Of a stretch of DNA of 64,000 nucleotides, positions 1 through 8,102 are shown one piece after another (position 1 is the stretch's first letter; every line of letters starts with the position of its first letter). Where the stretch lies: positions 4,684 to 68,683 of the forward strand of contig CBDHDN010000019.1 in NCBI GenBank assembly GCA_965261585.1. The letters run 5' to 3'. The position numbers and the translations under genes were made by a program. Under the pieces are notes generated by a model. It saw nothing but the letters and a program-made list of their open reading frames with translations, searched no databases and had not been told where the DNA came from. This DNA comes from Alphaproteobacteria bacterium. Lineage in GTDB: Bacteria > Pseudomonadota > Alphaproteobacteria > UBA6615.

Positions 1-97
1 CGTCGAGCCAGGCAGACATCGCCGCGAGTTCACGACCGATCTCGTGCGGCGAAAACAGATCGAATATACTGCCCTGGACGGTGCGCTCTTCGCGCAT
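1..97 (-). CDS. Transposase N-terminus (ISNCY/ISDol1-ISRm17-like), continues beyond window start
   Basis: Minus strand from ATG at 97 reads MREERTVQGSIFDLFSPHEIGRELAAMSAWLD, which resembles alphaproteobacterial ISNCY transposase N-termini; SD GGAGGTG at 101-107. Confidence 0.65.
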   Translation of the reverse strand, partial: MREERTVQGSIFDLFSPHEIGRELAAMSAWLD

Positions 98-240
98 GGT
101 CACCTCCGGCGGTTTGGTGTTTGCCTTTGGGTACAGTGGCTTGTTCCCAACAGCATAGCCGAAACCGCCGGAGCCTGGCTCCAAAAATAGACGATTCACT
201 CAGTTATTTCAGTGTTTTAGCGTTTTCGGATGGGCACTAG
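1..240 (-). mobile_element. Left end of an insertion sequence
   Basis: AT-rich leader upstream of the transposase start, ending at CTAG 237-240 (terminus TAGTGCCCATCCGAAAA); the other end is outside the window. Confidence 0.55.
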
Positions 241-309
241 CCTAGGAGCCTTGCGCCCCGGGGTGACGCGGGGCACAGTGGCGCCGCGACCGGCACCAAC
301 GAGGGTTCT

Positions 310-1119
310 ATGGGACTGGAGACCGCGACTTCGGCGCCTGTCGAAGCCGCGCCGTATTTATTGCGCGAGGACGTGGACGGCGTCGCGGCGCTGACGCTGA
401 ACCGTCCGAAGTCGCTGAACGCGCTGTCGGTGGAGATGCTTGCCGCGCTGCAGCAGGTGCTCGACGCGATCGCCGGCGACACAACCGTGCGCGTCGTCGT
501 CGTCGGCGGGGCCGGCCGCGCATTCTGTGCCGGCCATGACCTGAAGCAGATGCGCGCGAATCCCGACCACGGCTATCAGCAGGCGCTGTTCGCGGCCTGC
601 AGCCGCCTGATGCTGACCCTGACGCGGCTGCCGCAGCCGGTGATCGCCCGAGTCCACGGCATCGCCACCGCGGCCGGCTGCCAGCTCGTCGCGACATGCG
701 ATCTGGCGGTTGCCGCGGCGGACGCGCGGTTCGCGACCTCGGGCATCAATGTCGGCCTGTTCTGCTCGACGCCGGGGGTCGCGCTGGGCCGTAACCTGGC
801 CCGCAAGCACGCGATGGAGATGCTGCTGACCGGCGCGTTCATCGATGCCGCGCGGGCGGCCGAGATCGGCCTCGTCAACCGCGTCGTGCCGGCCGACCGG
901 CTGGACGCGGCGGCGCGCGCGCTGGCCGACGTTCTGGCGGCGAAGAGCGCCTACGCGCTGGCGCTCGGCAAGCAGGCCACCTATCGGCAGCTCGAAATGG
1001 GGCTCGAGGACGCCTACGCGTTCGCCGGCGAGGAGATGGCGCGCAACATGATGGACCGGGACGCCGCCGAAGGGATCGACGCCTTCATCGAGAAGCGCCC
1101 GCCGAAGTGGCGGACATGA
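310..1119 (+). CDS. Enoyl-CoA hydratase/isomerase (crotonase family)
   Basis: LTLNRP..NAL, AFCAGHDL, PQPVIARVHGIATAAGCQL, EGIDAFIEKR motifs. Confidence 0.93.
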   Translation: MGLETATSAPVEAAPYLLREDVDGVAALTLNRPKSLNALSVEMLAALQQVLDAIAGDTTVRVVVVGGAGRAFCAGHDLKQMRANPDHGYQQALFAACSRLMLTLTRLPQPVIARVHGIATAAGCQLVATCDLAVAAADARFATSGINVGLFCSTPGVALGRNLARKHAMEMLLTGAFIDAARAAEIGLVNRVVPADRLDAAARALADVLAAKSAYALALGKQATYRQLEMGLEDAYAFAGEEMARNMMDRDAAEGIDAFIEKRPPKWRT

Positions 1120-1607
1120 TGAACGACCTCTATTACCCGGACTGGCTGATCCGCCGCATCCTCGCCGAGACCGACACGATCGCCATGGTCGGGATCAGCC
1201 CGCATTGGAACCGGCCGAGCTATTTCGCGATGAAGTATCTGCAGGAAAAGGGCTATCGCGTGGTCCCGGTGAACCCGCGCGCGGCCGGCCAGGAGATTCT
1301 GGGCGAGACCGCATACGCCACGCTCAAGGACGTGCCCGTCAAGGTCGACATGGTCGACATCTTCCGCCGCGCCGACCAGGTCGGGCCGATCGTCGAGGAA
1401 GCGGTCGCGATCGATGCGCCGGTCGTCTGGATGCAGCTGGGCATCCGCAACGACGCTGCTGCCGCCGTCGGCGAAGCGGCCGGCCGCACGGTCATCATGA
1501 ACCGCTGTCCGAAGATCGAGTACGGGCGGCTGTCCGGCGAGCTCGGCTGGAGCGGCGTCAACACCCGCGTCATCACGAGCCGCCGCAGCAAACGGATCCG
1601 CGCATGA
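1116..1607 (+). CDS. CoA-binding protein (YccU-like)
   Basis: IAMVGIS..RPSY..GYRVVPVNP, VDMVDIFR, WMQLG, MNRCPKIEY; ATG overlaps the upstream stop. Confidence 0.9.
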   Translation: MMNDLYYPDWLIRRILAETDTIAMVGISPHWNRPSYFAMKYLQEKGYRVVPVNPRAAGQEILGETAYATLKDVPVKVDMVDIFRRADQVGPIVEEAVAIDAPVVWMQLGIRNDAAAAVGEAAGRTVIMNRCPKIEYGRLSGELGWSGVNTRVITSRRSKRIRA

Positions 1608-2938
1608 GCACGCACGATGCCGCCAAGTACAAGCCGCCGGGTTTCGAAACGCTGGCACTGCACGCCGGCGCCGCGCCGGACCCGACGACCGGCGCGCGCA
1701 ATGTGCCGATCTATCAGACGAACGCGTACGTGTTCGACGACGTCGACCACGCGGCGTCGCTGTTCAACCTGCAGACCTTCGGCTACATCTACTCGCGGCT
1801 GACCAACCCCACGGTCTCGGCGCTCGAGGAGAAGGTCGCGGCGCTGGAGCACGGCCGGGCCGCGGTGGCAGCGGCGAGCGGCCACGCCGCGCAGCTGCTG
1901 GCGTTCTTCGTCCTGCTCGAGCCGGGCGACGAGTTCGTCACATCCCGCAACCTATATGGCGGGTCGATCACCCAGTTCACGCACACGTTCAAGAAGTTCG
2001 GCTGGACCGCCCATTTCGTCGACCCGACGGACCCGGAGAACTTCCGCGCCGCGCTGACGCCGCGCACCAAGGCGATCTTTGCCGAGAACCTGGCCAATCC
2101 CGGCGGCATCGTCGTCGACATCGAACCGCTGGGCGCGCTGGCGCGCGAGGCCGGCATCCCGCTGATCGTCGACAACACGATGGCGACGCCCTATCTGTGC
2201 CAGCCGTTCGACTGGGGCGCCGACATCATCGTGCACTCGATGACCAAGTTCCTCGGCGGCCACGGCACGGCGATGGGCGGCGCCGTCGTCGAAAGCGGCC
2301 GCTTCGATTGGGGCCAGAACGACAAGTTCCCATCGATGACCCAGCCGGACCCGGCCTATCACGGCCTCACGTTCTACGAGACCTTCGGCGACTTCGGCTT
2401 CTCGACGAAGGTCAAGGCCGTGGCGCTGCGCGACCTCGGCCCGACGCTGTCGCCGATGAACGCTTTCCAGATCCTCACCGGCATCGAGACGCTGCCGTTG
2501 CGCATGCAGCGCCACGTCGAAAACGCCCAGGCCGTGGCCGAGCACCTGGAAGGCCACCCCGCCGTCGCATGGGTCTCCTACGCCGGCCTCAAGTCGAGCC
2601 CGTTCAACGCGCTGGCGGCGAAGTACCTGCCGAAGGGCGCCGGCTCGGTCTTCACGATCGGCGTCAAGGGCGGCTACGAGACCGGCGTCGGCATGGTCGA
2701 GAGCGTCGAGCTGTTGAGCCACCTCGCCAACGTCGGCGACACGCGCTCGCTGATCATCCACCCGGCCTCGACGATCCACCGCCAACTGACCGAGGAACAA
2801 CGCATCGCGGCCGGCGTCGGTCCCGACGTCGTGCGCTTGTCGATCGGCATCGAGACGATCGACGACATCATCGCCGACCTCGACCAGGCGCTGGACCGCG
2901 CGGTGCGTAGGGCGACCTCGGTGAGCGCCGCGGACTAG
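1604..2938 (+). CDS. metY: O-acetylhomoserine aminocarboxypropyltransferase (sulfhydrylase)
   Basis: FETLALHAG, PIYQT, YSRLTNPT, HSMTKFLGGHG (PLP lysine), HLANVGD; start at ATG 1604 (ATGA overlap). Confidence 0.9.
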   Translation: MSTHDAAKYKPPGFETLALHAGAAPDPTTGARNVPIYQTNAYVFDDVDHAASLFNLQTFGYIYSRLTNPTVSALEEKVAALEHGRAAVAAASGHAAQLLAFFVLLEPGDEFVTSRNLYGGSITQFTHTFKKFGWTAHFVDPTDPENFRAALTPRTKAIFAENLANPGGIVVDIEPLGALAREAGIPLIVDNTMATPYLCQPFDWGADIIVHSMTKFLGGHGTAMGGAVVESGRFDWGQNDKFPSMTQPDPAYHGLTFYETFGDFGFSTKVKAVALRDLGPTLSPMNAFQILTGIETLPLRMQRHVENAQAVAEHLEGHPAVAWVSYAGLKSSPFNALAAKYLPKGAGSVFTIGVKGGYETGVGMVESVELLSHLANVGDTRSLIIHPASTIHRQLTEEQRIAAGVGPDVVRLSIGIETIDDIIADLDQALDRAVRRATSVSAAD

Positions 2939-2958
2939 GTCCGGCAAGCGGAACATTC

Positions 2959-3699
2959 ATGTTCTACGGACTGGACGAGAGCAGGCACAAGATCCTTATG
3001 CACGCGATCGGCGTGATCGATACGCTCTATAAGCGGGTCTTTCATGCCGACCACCTGATCGCGATCGAGCGCTGCGTCGGCTTTGTCGACGATCCCCGGT
3101 TCAAGGCCGCCCTCAAGAAATGCGCCACGACGGCGCAGGAGCGCAGCCTGGTCTGGCGGCTGCATACCCAGGCGTGGGCCGCCGGGCACTGTCTCGACAT
3201 CCCCGGCGACTTCGTCGAATGCGGCGTCTACAAGGGGTTCTGCAGCGATTTCGTGATCAACTATCTCGACTTCGCCGACCGCCGGAAGACGTTCTTTCTG
3301 TACGACACGTTCGCCGGCATTCCAGAGGCCCATCGTGCCGACTCTCCCGTCCGGCCCGGCGGCTATCAGGAAGCCGGGCTCTACGAGGCGGCGCTGGCCC
3401 GGTTTGCGCCCTATGCCAACGTCCGGGTCGTCAAGGGCGTGGTGCCGGACGTCTTCGCGGACGTCTGCCCGGAGGCGGTCGCCTATCTGCACCTGGATAT
3501 GAACTCGGCCTCGGCCGAAATCGGCGCCCTCGAGGTGCTGTTCGACCGCGTCCAACCCGGCGGCATGATCGTGCTCGACGACTATGGCTGGCAGTGGTAC
3601 CGCGCCCAGAAGGAGGCCGAGGACAAGTTCTTCGGCGCCCACGGCCACGGGGTCCTGGAGCTGCCGACCGGCCAGGGCCTCGTCGTCAAGCGGGGCTGA
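2959..3699 (+). CDS. TylF/MycF/NovP-family O-methyltransferase
   Basis: GDFVECGVYKG, YDTFAG, HLDMN, GGMIVLDDYG motifs. Confidence 0.85.
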   Translation: MFYGLDESRHKILMHAIGVIDTLYKRVFHADHLIAIERCVGFVDDPRFKAALKKCATTAQERSLVWRLHTQAWAAGHCLDIPGDFVECGVYKGFCSDFVINYLDFADRRKTFFLYDTFAGIPEAHRADSPVRPGGYQEAGLYEAALARFAPYANVRVVKGVVPDVFADVCPEAVAYLHLDMNSASAEIGALEVLFDRVQPGGMIVLDDYGWQWYRAQKEAEDKFFGAHGHGVLELPTGQGLVVKRG

Positions 3700-3721
3700 G
3701 CCGGGCGCACGAGGCCGCGCC

Positions 3722-3735
3722 TTGATCTAGATCAA
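3722..3735 (+). promoter_or_regulatory. FNR/FixK (CRP-FNR family) binding site
   Basis: TTGATCTAGATCAA is a perfect TTGAT-N4-ATCAA, 53 nt upstream of the small ORF at 3789. Confidence 0.75.
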
Positions 3736-3788
3736 GGCGTGCCGACGCCGTTGCCCCCAGTCTGGTGGGACCAGATTGGAGGTTCGCG

Positions 3789-3893
3789 ATGACCGAGGGC
3801 GAAATTGCCGTCCTGGCGATCGTGATAGCCGCGGCGGCCGCGTTCTGCGCCGTTGTCGGCTGGCTGTCGGTGGCGACGCGCAGGAAAACCTGA
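3789..3893 (+). CDS. Small single-pass membrane protein, 34 aa (not in ORF track)
   Basis: GGAGG at 3778-3782; ATG..TGA gives MTEGEIAVLAIVIAAAAAFCAVVGWLSVATRRKT, a hydrophobic helix followed by a basic tail. Confidence 0.7.
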   Translation: MTEGEIAVLAIVIAAAAAFCAVVGWLSVATRRKT

Positions 3894-3943
3894 GCCACTC
3901 CCTCGCTGCAATCCCCCAATTGCAGTGGTGGCTTGGGCAAGAT

Positions 3944-3980
3944 CCCGGGGCCGGCTGTCCCCTCCCCGGCCCCGGGTTTT
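3944..3980 (+). terminator. Rho-independent terminator with C-rich loop
   Basis: CCCGGGGCCGG(3944-3954)/CCGGCCCCGGG(3966-3976) stem followed by TTTT. Confidence 0.75.
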
Positions 3981-3981
3981 G

Positions 3982-4470
3982 TCACTCGGCGGCGGCGCGG
4001 GCCGGCGGCGCCAGCTCGCCGGTGATGGCGTAGCCGAGGGCGGCAACGACCTGCTCGGGCGTCTCGGCCACGGCCAGGGAAGCGGCGTCGACCTCCTTCA
4101 AGGCATGGTTCAGATCGGCCGCGTGCAGCGTGATCAGCGGCGTGCCGCGCGCGGCGGCATAGCCGGCATCGACGGCCGCGTTCCATTGCCGGTAGCGGTC
4201 GCCGAAGCGGACAACAACGACGTCGGCACGCTCGATCAGCGTGCGCGTGCGGATCGCGTTCAGCTTGGCGCCCTTGTGGTCGTGCCAGAACGACCGGTCC
4301 TCGGCACCGAAGATCGCCGCGGCGCAGTCGTCGCTCGTGGCATGGTCGGTGACCGGCGCCAGCAGCTCGACCGGCAGCTCGGAGGCGGCGACGCCGGCGG
4401 CTATGCGTTCGCGCCAGTCCGAGTGGATCTCACCGGACAGATAGACGCGCCAACTCGTTCGATCGGTCAT
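3982..4470 (-). CDS. YtoQ-family protein (nucleoside 2-deoxyribosyltransferase-like fold)
   Basis: VYLSGEIHSDWRE, DHKGAKLNAIRTR, RFGDRYRQWNAA, HALKEVDA; SD AAGGAG before ATG 4470. Confidence 0.85.
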   Translation of the reverse strand: MTDRTSWRVYLSGEIHSDWRERIAAGVAASELPVELLAPVTDHATSDDCAAAIFGAEDRSFWHDHKGAKLNAIRTRTLIERADVVVVRFGDRYRQWNAAVDAGYAAARGTPLITLHAADLNHALKEVDAASLAVAETPEQVVAALGYAITGELAPPARAAAE

Positions 4471-4483
4471 CTCAGTCTCCTTG

Positions 4484-4621
4484 CTATTCGGCCGTCTGCG
4501 GCTGCGGGCCATTCGGCCGCCTGCGGCTGTGGGCTATTCGGCCGCCTGCGGCTGCGGGCCATTCGGCCGCCTGCGGCTGCGGGCCATTCGGCCGCCTGCG
4601 GCTGCGGGCTATTCGGCCGCC
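4484..4621. repeat. 25-bp tandem repeat, about 5.5 units
   Basis: Units c(t/c)attcggccgcctgcggctgcggg start at 4484, 4509, 4534, 4559, 4584 and (partial) 4609. Confidence 0.95.
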
Positions 4622-5808
4622 AGCGGCAACGGCGCGGCCATTGGCCGGTCGCGCGGCAACAGCATAGCCGCGGCGACGACGACAATGGCGGCGGCGCCCA
4701 TAGCGCCGAGCAACCAGACGAACTCTCCCGTCGCCGCCTGAATGCGGGCAACCAGCTGGATCGCCAGCGGCCCGGCGCCGAACGCCAGCACGAACTTCAG
4801 CCCGAAGGCGAGGCCGTGGCGGTGCGCCGGCACGTAGCGCGCCAGCAGCAAATTCTCGGCCGGCAGCGAGCTCGAGTTGAGCGAGACCAGCAGCACGGCA
4901 AGGGCGACCAGCGGCGGGCCGCCGATCGCGGCGGCCGCGAACAGCACCGGCACCTGCAACAGCCAGCTGATGACGTAGACCGTCTTCAGCGGCATGCGGT
5001 CGGCCAGATGGCCCCCCAGCACCTGGGCAAAGGCGCTAACCCCGTAGACCAGCCCGACCAACAGGCCGACGCCCAGCGTGCCGTCGCCGACGATGTCGGC
5101 CAGGCGCAGGTCGAACAGCTTCGGCATCGCCGCCTGGGTCGCCTGAAAGATGATGCCCGAGACGAACATCGTCAGCAGCAGGATCGCGAAGGTCTTCATG
5201 CGATCGTCGCGGCTCGGCAGCGCCGCCGCCGGCTTCTCCGGCCCCTGCTCGGTGATGCGCCCGCTGACGAGGCACGCCAGCATGGCGACGCCGGTCGCAA
5301 CCGTGACCAGGCCCGGCACGATGAACGCGGCGCGCCAGCCCACGCCATCGGCGAGGCCGCCGGCGACGATCCCGGCCATGGCGATGCCGAGGCCGCCGAA
5401 GATGCCGTTGAAGGCGAGGATCTTGCCGCCGCTGCCGATCGAGTTGCGGATGACCCAGGGGATGCCGACCGGATGATAGATGGCGGCGAACGCGCCGATG
5501 CCGGCCAACGCCCAGACCAGGCTCGACGAGCCGCCGGCGAGCCCGGCGGCGACGGAAGAGCCGCCCATGCCGATGAAGAAGATGACCATCATGCCGGTCA
5601 TCGACCAGCGGTTGGCGAGCCAGCCGGCCGGCAGCGCCACGGCACCAACGAGGATCGCGCCCAGCGTCCACAGCGCGATCAGCTCATGATTCGGCATCGC
5701 CCAGACATCTTCCAGCGTCAGGGCGATCGTGAAGTAGAACGCCGTGAACATGTGGATGTAGCTGTGGCCAATCGCCGAGAACAACAGTGACAGGCGCGCC
5801 GAGCTCAT
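4609..5808 (-). CDS. MFS transporter
   Basis: About 12 hydrophobic segments, AGWLANRW and GGHLADRM motif-A-like loops; probable start MSSARLS at 5808. Confidence 0.85.
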   Translation of the reverse strand: MSSARLSLLFSAIGHSYIHMFTAFYFTIALTLEDVWAMPNHELIALWTLGAILVGAVALPAGWLANRWSMTGMMVIFFIGMGGSSVAAGLAGGSSSLVWALAGIGAFAAIYHPVGIPWVIRNSIGSGGKILAFNGIFGGLGIAMAGIVAGGLADGVGWRAAFIVPGLVTVATGVAMLACLVSGRITEQGPEKPAAALPSRDDRMKTFAILLLTMFVSGIIFQATQAAMPKLFDLRLADIVGDGTLGVGLLVGLVYGVSAFAQVLGGHLADRMPLKTVYVISWLLQVPVLFAAAAIGGPPLVALAVLLVSLNSSSLPAENLLLARYVPAHRHGLAFGLKFVLAFGAGPLAIQLVARIQAATGEFVWLLGAMGAAAIVVVAAAMLLPRDRPMAAPLPLAAE

Positions 5809-6012
5809 GGTCCGTACAATGCCAGCGGCGCGGCTGCGCGGCAACCGCGGGCGCCCGCATGGCTGCCATGCGTGTGGGCTGGATGCGCTCGCCCGCCTTG
5901 AGCTGCCCCCCAACTTGCAACTCAGCGTGAGAGTCCGGTTGGTCGACTGTGCCCTGGTGGGTGCTCGTCGTCATCTGTCCGGGGAAACGTCCCTGGACAA
6001 ACAGAAGAGGTG

Positions 6013-6543
6013 TCAGTCGAAAAATTTGTCGATATCGTCCTGCAAAAGACCCCTGCCCTTCAGTTGCGGGCCACTGAGGAGCTTCTCGTCTGCGGTCTTC
6101 TCCCGGTCCGCCCGCACCACGACCTCGGCCAGCTGCTCCTTGCCCCAGAGATCGACAAGCGCGTTAACCCGCTCTTCGACGTAGGTGATGGACCTGACCA
6201 CCTTGTTGATCCGCTGGCCGGTGATGTCCTGGAAAGAGCAGGCCTTGAACACCTCGTTGCCGTTGGCGGCGATCTGGTCAAGCAGCGCCACCTGGTCGGG
6301 ATCGCTGATCCGCTTGCGCAGATTACCGATGGCGTCTTCATTGCTCTCCATACATTCCATGCTCGTGTTGGTGGCCTCTTCCGTGGCCTCGACGATGGCG
6401 TCCAACTGATCGCCCGTGCTGTCGAATTTGTGCTCCTCGTCGGCCGGCCGGTCGATGGCGGCAATCTCCTGACGGACGCGCTGGACATAGCGCCACAGGC
6501 CTTCGAACTCCTGCCTCAACAGGTCCATCGATGTAATCTCCAT
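6013..6543 (-). CDS. cheZ: CheZ-like chemotaxis phosphatase (alphaproteobacterial type)
   Basis: QLDAIVEATEEATNT, ACSFQDITGQRINKV (DxxxQ), LLSGPQL, C-terminal QDDIDKFFD; start uncertain because an IS lies 67 bp upstream. Confidence 0.8.
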   Translation of the reverse strand: MEITSMDLLRQEFEGLWRYVQRVRQEIAAIDRPADEEHKFDSTGDQLDAIVEATEEATNTSMECMESNEDAIGNLRKRISDPDQVALLDQIAANGNEVFKACSFQDITGQRINKVVRSITYVEERVNALVDLWGKEQLAEVVVRADREKTADEKLLSGPQLKGRGLLQDDIDKFFD

Positions 6544-6675
6544 AGCCGACGCAACCTTTGACTTCGGACTGACAAGGGACGGCTGGGGAATCGGACGATA
6601 CCGGCTCCCTGAGTCGGACCCGATTTCCTTGGACACAGAATTGGCTTAATCGAAGTGTCCAAGGAGGACCGGAAC

Positions 6676-7086
6676 ATGACCGATAATTTTGAGAAGAAAG
6701 TTGCTGTTGATGGGCCTGTGGTAAATGCGGGCGAGCTTGGCTCGTCCACGTTTTCCCCAGGCCAGGCTTTGCCGGCAGGCCCGCTGGGACTTGGCCAGCG
6801 ATGGACGGTGGCGCGCAAGCGTGAGGTCGTTCTGCGGCTTTTGCGTGACGAGCCGGTGCAACTTCTGTCGCGCCAGTTGGGCGTAGAGATCTTCCGGCTC
6901 GAGCAGTGGCGTGAGAAAGCGATCGGCGGGATCGACGCCTCGCTCAAGCAACGCAAGGGCGATCCGGTGCAGGCGGAACTGGATAGCGCCATGAAGCGGA
7001 TCGGAGAGTTGACCATGCAGGTGGAACTGCTGGAGGCCAAGACGGAGACCTTCGGCCCTTTGGGGCGGCGGAGGTCGCGGCGATGA
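6676..7086 (+). CDS. IS OrfA (HTH DNA-binding)
   Basis: RWTVARKREVVLRLL..LEQWR..KRIGELTMQVELL; SD AGGAGG upstream of ATG 6676. Confidence 0.8.
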   Translation: MTDNFEKKVAVDGPVVNAGELGSSTFSPGQALPAGPLGLGQRWTVARKREVVLRLLRDEPVQLLSRQLGVEIFRLEQWREKAIGGIDASLKQRKGDPVQAELDSAMKRIGELTMQVELLEAKTETFGPLGRRRSRR

Positions 7087-7988
7087 GTGCCGCCACCTCG
7101 CCCGGCACGGGTCTGGCCTACGGCCTGCGGCGGGTCTGCGCCGCCTGGGGCATGGCCCGCTCCTCGTTCTACGCCATGACCTCCGGCCAGCACGCCGAGC
7201 AGCCGCCGGCAAAGCGTCGGGGACCGAAGCCCGCGATCTCGGACCAGGCGCTGCTGGTGGCGATCGAAGCCGACCTGGAGGCATCGCCCAGGGAGGGCGA
7301 GGGCTACCGCAAGGTCTGGGCTCGGCTTCGGGTCTGTCGCGACATCCGGGTTGCCCGCAAGCGGGTGCTCCGCCTGATGCGCGAGAACAATCTGCTCTCG
7401 CCCCATCGCTGCCGCCGCCGTGGCGGCAATCCCCATGACGGTGAGATCATCACTCATGCCCCGAACCTCATGTGGGGCACCGATGGCGTTCGGGTGTTCA
7501 CGGTGGACGACGGCTGGGGCTGGATCTTCACCGCCGTCGAGCATTGGAACGCCGAGTGTGTCGGCTGGCATGTCTGCAAGCGCGGCGACCGCTTCGCCGC
7601 CCTGCAGCCGATCTCCATGGGGCTTGCCGGGCTGTATGGCTCGACCGCGGCCGGCGCGGCTCGGGGGCTGGCCTTGCGGATGGATCACGGCTCCCAGTAT
7701 CTGTCGGACCACTTCACCAACCAGATCAAGTTCTGGGGCATCCAGCCGTCCTACGCCTTCGTCGCCGAGCCCCAGACCAACGGCGTCGCCGAGCGGTTCA
7801 ATCGCACGCTGAAGGAACAGATCATCCATGGTCGCATCTACCGCAACATCGCGGAGCTGCGGGACGCCGTCCGCGACTTCGTCGAACTCTACAATGCCCA
7901 GTGGATCGTCGAAAAGAACGGCTACCTGAGCCCCGCTCAAGCTCGTCAGGCGTGGCACGCCGCGATCTCAATCAGGCCCGCCGCGTGA
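7083..7988 (+). CDS. IS OrfB, DDE/rve transposase
   Basis: GYRKVWARL, PNLMWGTD, RMDHGSQY, NGVAERFNRTLKEQ; ATGA overlap with orfA. Confidence 0.9.
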   Translation: MSAATSPGTGLAYGLRRVCAAWGMARSSFYAMTSGQHAEQPPAKRRGPKPAISDQALLVAIEADLEASPREGEGYRKVWARLRVCRDIRVARKRVLRLMRENNLLSPHRCRRRGGNPHDGEIITHAPNLMWGTDGVRVFTVDDGWGWIFTAVEHWNAECVGWHVCKRGDRFAALQPISMGLAGLYGSTAAGAARGLALRMDHGSQYLSDHFTNQIKFWGIQPSYAFVAEPQTNGVAERFNRTLKEQIIHGRIYRNIAELRDAVRDFVELYNAQWIVEKNGYLSPAQARQAWHAAISIRPAA

Positions 7989-8102
7989 GACAAACTTGTG
8001 TCCAAGGAACCGGGTGCGCTACACGATACCGGCTCCCAATAGCGCCCATGCCGTACCAACGAGCGACCCGCGAGGGGATGCCGAGGTACTGGGACAGTGA
8101 GC

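Larger units (their letters stand above)
6610..8023 (+). mobile_element. IS3-family-like insertion sequence, copy 1 (1414 bp)
   Basis: TG...CA ends with IRs (..TTCCTTGGACACA / TGTGTCCAAGGAA..); 14-bp direct repeat CGATACCGGCTCCC at 6596-6609 and 8024-8037. Confidence 0.92.

Noticed and set aside
4484-4621. CRISPR array
   Set aside because: Units are contiguous with no unique spacers, and there are no cas genes in the window
5809-6012. tRNA or integrase attachment site at the islet border
   Set aside because: No tRNA cloverleaf, integrase or flanking direct repeat recognised
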